NCBI GenBank assembly: GCA_964016885.1
Contig: OZ024752.1
Location: 47,554,001 to 47,618,000, forward strand
Reading direction: 5' to 3'
Source of the DNA: Eledone cirrhosa
Lineage: Eukaryota
DNA length: 64,000 nt
The notes under the pieces were generated by a model that saw nothing but the letters and a program-made list of their open reading frames with translations, had not been told where the DNA came from and did no database searches. The translations under genes were made by a program, and so were the position numbers. Below are positions 56,751 to 64,000 of this stretch, in pieces (the stretch's first letter is position 1; each line of letters starts with the position of its first letter).

Positions 56751-56860
56751 TCATATATATATATGGCAACATCAATGGACCTGTTATTTTTCTCTAAAAA
56801 CTTTTTTTTCCGATTCTTCTGCCCTGCCTGTCCCCTCAATCTTTCTAATTTCTCATTCTT

Positions 56861-56896
56861 TCTTCTGATGAAGGACTAGCGTCCGAAACGTTAAGA
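56861..56896 (+). ncRNA. Minimal type I hammerhead ribozyme motif
   Basis: tctt-CTGATGA-a-ggac(tagc)gtcc-GAAAC-GT-T-aaga. Perfect stems I and II, palindromic AACGTT in place of stem III. Confidence 0.75.
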
Positions 56897-57017
56897 CCAT
56901 CTTCCTGTTATTTTAAGCATTTAAATCATGGGGTCGCATTTTAAATTTCACGGGACCTATCCCTCTCTATGTCTGAACACAGTCAACTTCTTCTAACAAA
57001 TTGGAAAGAGAAGTTAA

Positions 57018-57225
57018 GAAATCCCAGTGGAAGGAAGATGCGGTAGAGGAAGACCACGACAAACATGGGCGGAGGTGGTGAGAGCAGACCTCAGATCACT
57101 GAAGCTCACGGAGGAGATGACGAAGGACCGTGACGAATGGAGAGATGCTGTGCTGAATAGGACCCATCCCACCCTTGCAAGCAGGGAAAAGCGGACGTAA
57201 GATGATGATGAGGATGATGATGATA
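57018..57225 (+). mobile_element. RTE-clade LINE 3' end
   Basis: 57024-57200 encodes PVEGRCGRGRPRQTWAEVVRADLRSLKLTEEMTKDRDEWRDAVLNRTHPTLASREKRT*, followed by (gat)n. Confidence 0.88.
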
Positions 57226-57364
57226 TAAAAAATGGATTCCAGTATTTGTCTGATATTTTATTTCATGACCTTAAAAGGATAAAAGGCAAAAAGAGGGAAC
57301 ATAATATTCAGAATAACAGCAGTATAAAATCTAAGTTTTGATAGCTGTTATTGTTATGGTTTCG

Positions 57365-57762
57365 TAGTATCAGTAGAGTGTTGGACACCCTGCTTTGCAG
57401 CACAGAGTTATGGCCCTTTACATTCTGATTTATGATCCTGCTGAGGTTAGCTTTGCCTTTCATCCTTACGGGGTCGATAAAATAAAGTACCAGTAATGTA
57501 CTGGGTAATTGCTGGCCTTGTGCCAAAAGTAAAAACAATTGTTATAGATTGGTAATATTGGTAGAGCGTTGGACACCCTGCTTTACAGCATAGAGTTATG
57601 GCCCTTTACATTCTGATTCATGATCCTGCTGAGGTTAGCTTTGCCTTTCATCCTCACAGGGTCGATAAAATAAAGAAAGAACCAGTAATGCACTGGGGTC
57701 GATTTAATTGACCCCCCCCTTCAAATTGCTGGCCTTGTGCCTAAAGTAGAAACTATTATTAT
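57365..57762 (+). mobile_element. Two tandem SINE family 2 copies
   Basis: Cores at ~57450 and ~57640, sharing diagnostic variants. Confidence 0.8.
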
Positions 57763-58751
57763 ATATGCAACAGTAGCCCCACCACCACCACCAACACCTC
57801 CATCACCTGCACCACCACCACCAACAACACCACCACCACCACTACCATCACCACCACCACCACTACCACCACCACTACCATCACCTCCACCACCACTCCC
57901 ACCAACTCCACCATCACTACCACCACCTCCACCACCACTCCCACCACCACCATCACCACTACCACCAACTCCAACACCACCACTACCATCACCTCCACCA
58001 CCACTCCCACCACCACCACCACCATCATCATCATCAAGGATGATTCTCACCATTAGAAACAACATTTTCTAACACATTTCATATGAACAACATTGAACAG
58101 TTCAAAATTCAATTAATTCTTTTGTTCCTGTTGTGTGTGTGTGTGTGAGAGCGTGTGAATATGTATGTGTGAATGTATGTGTGTGTGTGTGTATGTGTGT
58201 GAATGTATGTGTGAGTGTATGTGTGTGTGTGTGTATGTATCTATGTGTTTTGTTTGTTACATAACCCATATTATGTAAAAAAATCTGACATTTTCTTGAG
58301 CAATCTGTATATTGAGTGAGAAGCAGGGTGTAATCAAGGAAATTGATGAGGTGTGATGAGGTGACTGCGTTTCCCAATGGATTTTCATTTTGTAGAATCT
58401 CTAATGATTCTTTGGCAACTGTAATTCAGTCTTTTTTCACATTTTCATTACCATATTTTTAATGAAAGACACTGCCTATAATTTTCAATTCATTTTGAAA
58501 ATAATCAAAATATTTGGAGGGAGTTAGTAAAATAACTAACTTTCTCATTGTTAAGTTGGTGTTTTGAGTATAACTTAAGAAAGTTTCTTACATAGAATTA
58601 TGATAGAAGGTTTTTAGATGATTGTCCAGCTCGGTAGATTTTCTAAGGAAGTCATAACATGGTTTAAATTTTTTAATAAAGCATATCATAGTTCCCTACC
58701 CACTCCATACATCTCCCATGAGAACAGGCTAAAGTATACATCCAGCAATGT

Positions 58752-59627
58752 CTCCAGCCCACACTGTAAAGTGGTCGTGTTGGTGACACAACAAAAGGTG
58801 CCCAGTCCACACTGTAAAGTGTTGTGTTGGTGACACAATAAAAGATGCCCAGTCCACACTGTAAAATGGGCGTGTTGGCGACACAACAAAAGGTGCCCAG
58901 TCCTCACTGTAAAGTGGTCGTGTTGGTGACACAACAAAAGGTGCCCAGTCCACACTGTAAAGTGTTGTGTTGGTGACACAATAAAAGATGCCCAGTCCAC
59001 ACTGTAAAGTGGTCATGTTGGCGACACAATAAAGGTGCCCAGTCCTCACTGTAAAGTGGTCATGTTAGCGACACAACAAAAGGTGCCCAGTCCTCACTGT
59101 AAAGTGGTCATGTTGGCGACACAACAAAAGGTGCCCAGTCCTCACTGTAAAGTGGTCATGTTGGCGACACAACAAAAGGTGCCCAGTCCACACTGTAAAG
59201 TGGTCATGTTGGTGACACAACAAAAGGTGCCCAGTCCTCACTGTAAAGTGGTCATGTTGGTGACACAACAAAAGGTGCCCAGTCCTCACTGTAAAGTGGT
59301 CATGTTGGCGACACAACAAAAGGTGCCCAGTCCTCACTGTAAAGTGGTCATATTGGCGACACAACAAAAGGTGCCCAGTCCACACTGTAAAGTGGTCATA
59401 TTGGCGACACAACAAAAGGTGCCCAGTCCACACTGTAAAGTGGTCATGTTGGCGACACAACAAAAGGTGCCCAGTCCACACTGTAAAGTGGTCATGTTGG
59501 TGACACAACAAAAGGTGCCCAGTCCTGACTGTAAAGTGGTCATATTGGCGACACAACAAAAAGTGCCCAGTCCTCACTGTAAAGTGGTCATGTTGGCGAC
59601 ACAACAAAAGGTGCCCAGTCCTCACTG
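58752..59627. repeat. 48-bp minisatellite, ~18 copies, derived from the internal repeat of the RTE-tailed SINE
   Basis: Unit cccagtcctcactgtaaagtggtcatgttggcgacacaacaaaaggtg. Similar 2-3-copy motif at 60050-60150 and 55300-55400. Confidence 0.93.
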
Positions 59628-59739
59628 TATATATATATAATATATATTATATATAATATATATAATATATATATATATAATATATATAATATATATTATA
59701 TATATATATATTATATATAATATATATTATATATAAGGT

Positions 59740-59920
59740 TGGCAGTATTGGTAGAGGGTCGGACGCCATGCTTTGACGCATAGAGTTACGGCCCTTGCCA
59801 TTCTGAGTTCAAATCCCGCCGAGATTAACTTTGCCTTTCATCCTTACAGGGTCAATAAAATAAAGTACCAGTAATACACTGGGTAATTGCTGGCCTTGTG
59901 CCAAAACTAGAAACAATTAT
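59740..59920 (+). mobile_element. SINE family 2 copy
   Basis: Full head, core and tail. Confidence 0.82.
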
Positions 59921-60004
59921 ATATATATATAAATATATATAAATATATATAACAAAATACACCCCCGTCCCACCACCCCCACCCCATCTACACCGCCCCT
60001 TTCA

Positions 60005-60300
60005 ATGTAAAGTTATGTTGGTGCCACAACATCCAGGCCGAAACAAATGAGATCGTGTAGGTGTCACGACAAAAAAATACACAGTCCACCCTGTAATGTG
60101 GCCGTGTAGGCAACACGGTAAAAACCTCCCAGCCCCACACTGTAAATGTGGTTGGTGTTAGGAAGGGCATCCAGCTGTAGAAAACCCGCCAGACAGCCCT
60201 ATGCGAGCAAGACAACCACTCTTGCCTCAAGTGGGAAAACTCCCGTCCAAACCCATGCAAGCGTGGAACATGGACGTTAAACAATGATGATGATGATGAT
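60005..60300 (+). mobile_element. RTE-tailed SINE-like element
   Basis: Reverse complement of 22655-22945. Confidence 0.8.
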
Positions 60301-60524
60301 ATATATATATATATATTTCGTTTCTGAATTTGTTTAGCAAGATTCTTTACTTCTTTATCTGAAAACGTGTGTTGATTGAAACCGATATTGTTATACTTTG
60401 GGAGGGTCATGTTGCCAATAAGAAACACACGCACCAGTTGCTTTCACTCCAATTTATTATAAATTAAATTTATAAATTTCCAGTTGGTTGGTTGGTTCCA
60501 CAACCGGACGGTTGTTCATATATT

Positions 60525-60567
60525 GTCAAAGTTCTTTCGTCACACATTCTGTGACCTCTTCAGTGAC
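60525..60567 (-). ncRNA. Minimal type I hammerhead ribozyme motif
   Basis: Minus: gtca-CTGAAGA-g-gtcaca(gaatg)tgtgac-GAAAG-aa-CT-T-tgac. Perfect stem I (4 bp) and stem II (6 bp). Confidence 0.75.
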
Positions 60568-61120
60568 TGGAGATTCTTTTCTTTGTTTTTGCGCCTCTCC
60601 TTTGTTCTGTCCTACGCCATCTTGTTTTTGTGTGTGTTGTATATATATATTATATATATATATATATTATATATATATATATATATACACACACAAATAT
60701 TCCTGAGATTAAATAACGATGACAGTCAATGGTGGGCAAGTGTAGTGTGTTGCCATACTTAGATAAAGAGTTGACAATTCAGAGCTGAGCACTGGCACTG
60801 TGGTGTGACCATGGGAACTGGCTTTAATAGGGAATATGTAGTACCAGGTGACAGTATGGCTGCCCTCCACACTAGACTATATAGGAGGGGGGTAGAAGGG
60901 GAGAATGGTGTCGGGTGGGGGGGGGGGGAGAAGATGGTGGGAGGGGAAGGAGAGGAAGATGTGGTGGTGGTGGGTTATATAATTGATGAGTGTCACTTCT
61001 TTAGCTCTCTATATAACTGAGTTCAAATCCTCCCGTGGGATGGCAAAAGAAAAAAGAAGACAAGAAGTGTATCAAGAGAAATCGGGAGAGAGAAAGTGAG
61101 AGAAGGATAGTAGAGTAATT

Positions 61121-61159
<39 letters not shown>

Positions 61160-61670
61160 TGTGTGAAAGAGGATGAAGGATGAGGTGAGCTATCTCTAAG
61201 ATTATTTAACACCTTGAAGTTTAGCATAAGTTCCAGTGCTCCCACCACTACCATCTGTACTCTCCCCCCTCCTCCCTCCCTACCATTCCCACCACTACCA
61301 TCCATACCCCCTCCCTCCCTACCATCCCCACCACCACCAACATCACCACTGACACCCTCACTAACCTCACTGTCATCAGTATTACCAACATGGTCACCAC
61401 CAAACATGAACGCTACCAGCCATAGCACCACCTCCACCATCACCACCCAATATAACAACTATCACTATCACCACCACCGCCACCGCCACTACCAACACCA
61501 CCACCACCACCATCTATACCATCAATACTACCACCGCCACTACGACTACCACCACCACCAACAACAACAACACCACTATCAACACCACCATCACTGTTAT
61601 AACTACAACCACCACCACCACCACCACCAACAACACTATCAACACCACCACCACCACCACCATCATTAAC

Positions 61671-61701
<31 letters not shown>

Positions 61702-62745
61702 CTATCAACACCACCACCACCAACAACAACAACACTATCAACACCACCACCACCAACAACAACAACAACACTATCAACACCACCACCACCATCACCACCA
61801 TCATTAACACCACCACCACCACCACCACCACCATCACCAACATCATTAACACCACCACAACTACCACCGCCGTCATAATAAAACAACACCCTTTAGCCTG
61901 AGCAAATATTTTGTAAGTCCGAATAAAATGTATAAAAAATGGCTACCCCACTGCCACTATCATGACCACACCAACAACAACAATAACCCAGAAAAAAATG
62001 GACCCAACGCCGTTGAAAATATAACCTTGTTTCAATGTTCTCCGGAGCTAAGAGCAAGGGGCCCTATGTAAATATGTTATTAAAAATATCCAGCTATGGT
62101 TCTATTCCCTTCTGTTTCAAGCAGGCTGTTGGAAAATGTTTATTTTTCCACCAAGCTATTTCGGGAAGATTTTTCTCAAAAAAATTTTTTAATAATCAAT
62201 ATTTGAAAATTTAACTAGCTGTCAAATTTCTATAATTTTTAAAAATACTGCTTTTGCGAAATTTAAAAATGTAAAAAAAAATTTTTAAATTAAAATAAAA
62301 AAAAAACAAAAAAAAACAAAAAAACAATTGTAAAAATAATAAATACAAGATAAATATAAAAATTGAAAATATAAAAACAAAAATAAAATTACAAAAAGAA
62401 AAGAAATAAAATGGAATAAAATAAAATAAAATAAAATAAAATGGGAAATTTAAAAAATATATATTTAAAAAATTAAATTGAAAAAATAAATAAATTTTGG
62501 AATTCTCTATTAAGGTCATGTTGACTTGTCTGAAATAAAATTGAAGGCACATATTTAGGAAGAAAACCTCTTGTGGGAGAGAGGGAAAGAGAGAGAGGGG
62601 GAGGGAGAGGGAGAGAGAGGGAGAGTGAGAGAGAGAGAACGACAGCAGTGGTGGGCAGTGAAAGAGAGAAGGAGATATATGGCTGGCCGGGTGTAATATA
62701 AGGTTGAGGTGAAAAAAAAATATTATGTATTTATTTTTATTATAT

Positions 62746-62784
<39 letters not shown>

Positions 62785-62931
62785 ATTTTTTATTTTATTT
62801 ATTGTTTTTTTTATTATATATATATACACATATATATATATACACATATATATATACACATATATATATTTACACATATATATATACACATATGTATATA
62901 CACATATGTATAGAAATATATATATATATAC

Positions 62932-62962
<31 letters not shown>

Positions 62963-62967
62963 TGTAC

Positions 62968-62999
<32 letters not shown>

Positions 63000-63015
63000 A
63001 TATATATATATGTAC

Positions 63016-63075
<60 letters not shown>

Positions 63076-63105
63076 TGTTTTTTATTCTATTTATATTTAT
63101 ATATT

Positions 63106-63136
<31 letters not shown>

Positions 63137-63474
63137 TTTGTACTTTCTATATTTTTTTTTTTCAAAATATTAAATGTAAAAGACAAAAAAAACAGGAAAG
63201 AAATGAAATGAAAAATAAATACGCCACTGCTGATGGCGATGATGGTGGCGATGATGGTGATGATGATGGTGATGATGATGATGATGGTAATGATGATGGT
63301 GACAATGATGGTGATGATGATGCTCAAAATAAAAATCCCACATTAGGTCAGTCCATTTTGTCTTTTAGCTACACTAAAATATTTAAAGAATGTCTAAATG
63401 TAGAGTATAGTGATTGGCAAAATATACATAAAAACTACACATACATACATGCAAAAACATATATATATATATAT

Positions 63475-63672
63475 GGAGGCACATGGCTTAGTGGTTAGAG
63501 CATTGGCCTTGCAATCGAAAGGTTGTAAGTTCGATTCTCAGACTGGGTGATGTGTTGTTTCCTTGAGCAAGAAACTTTATTTTGACATTGCTCCTGTTTA
63601 CTCAGCTGTAGAAATGAGATGATAGGGACTGTGGTCCCTATCATTCCACTGCAAAGTGGTCGTGCAGGTGCC
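63475..63672 (+). mobile_element. 5' two-thirds of SINE family 1
   Basis: Matches 50970-51165. Confidence 0.85.
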
Positions 63673-63843
63673 TACTTTATATCCATGTAGGAGAACCCCT
63701 ACCGATGCGCTGAACGAGTGTGACTTTTTAGTCCAGCCAGCGACTTGAAAACTCTGGTACAAACACTACACTTGTGACAATTATTGACACATAGTGCTGG
63801 GCCCTTGGTACCATATAACGACAAGTGCAGAGAGATCTCCAGA
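63673..63843 (-). mobile_element. Second copy of the zinc-finger-bearing LINE 3' fragment
   Basis: Reverse complement of 55836-56007. Confidence 0.75.
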
Positions 63844-64000
63844 TATATATATACACACATGCGCATATATATCTATATACATACATATAAAAACATATAT
63901 ACCCATATATATATACCATGTATATTGTGTGGCTTACCAATGCATATATCTAGTCATTCTGGTGAGCAAACCGTGATGTAATAAACACCTGACATTATGT

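Noticed and set aside
59035-59640. 201-aa repeat ORF
   Set aside because: Translation of the SINE-derived 48-bp array.

Overview
AT-rich eukaryotic (animal) genomic DNA that is almost entirely repetitive. The microsatellite density and SINE types suggest a cephalopod, probably an octopus; this is an inference. Nearly all ORFs in the track are artefacts of microsatellites or minisatellites. The only host coding sequence I can support is two spliced minus-strand exons (2394-2299 and 969-866) encoding part of the planar-cell-polarity/ciliogenesis protein Fuzzy. No further exon was recognised, so the rest of the window may be one very large intron. It contains tRNA-derived SINEs (CORE-like and a second family), 3' fragments of RTE, CR1/L2 and Tx1/L1-like LINEs, piggyBac-, hAT- and Tc1/mariner-type MITEs, and about ten tandem arrays. 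Five of these arrays are visibly amplified from pieces of transposons; for most, an unexpanded relative is in the same window. The most unusual signal is a set of short elements, mostly embedded in (TA)n, carrying type I hammerhead-ribozyme motifs. Several are fold-back palindromes centred on or next to the hammerhead. One lies next to a Penelope GIY-YIG-like C-terminal remnant. Together these suggest Penelope-like/retrozyme-type non-autonomous elements that undergo hairpin fold-back and later hairpin deletion.
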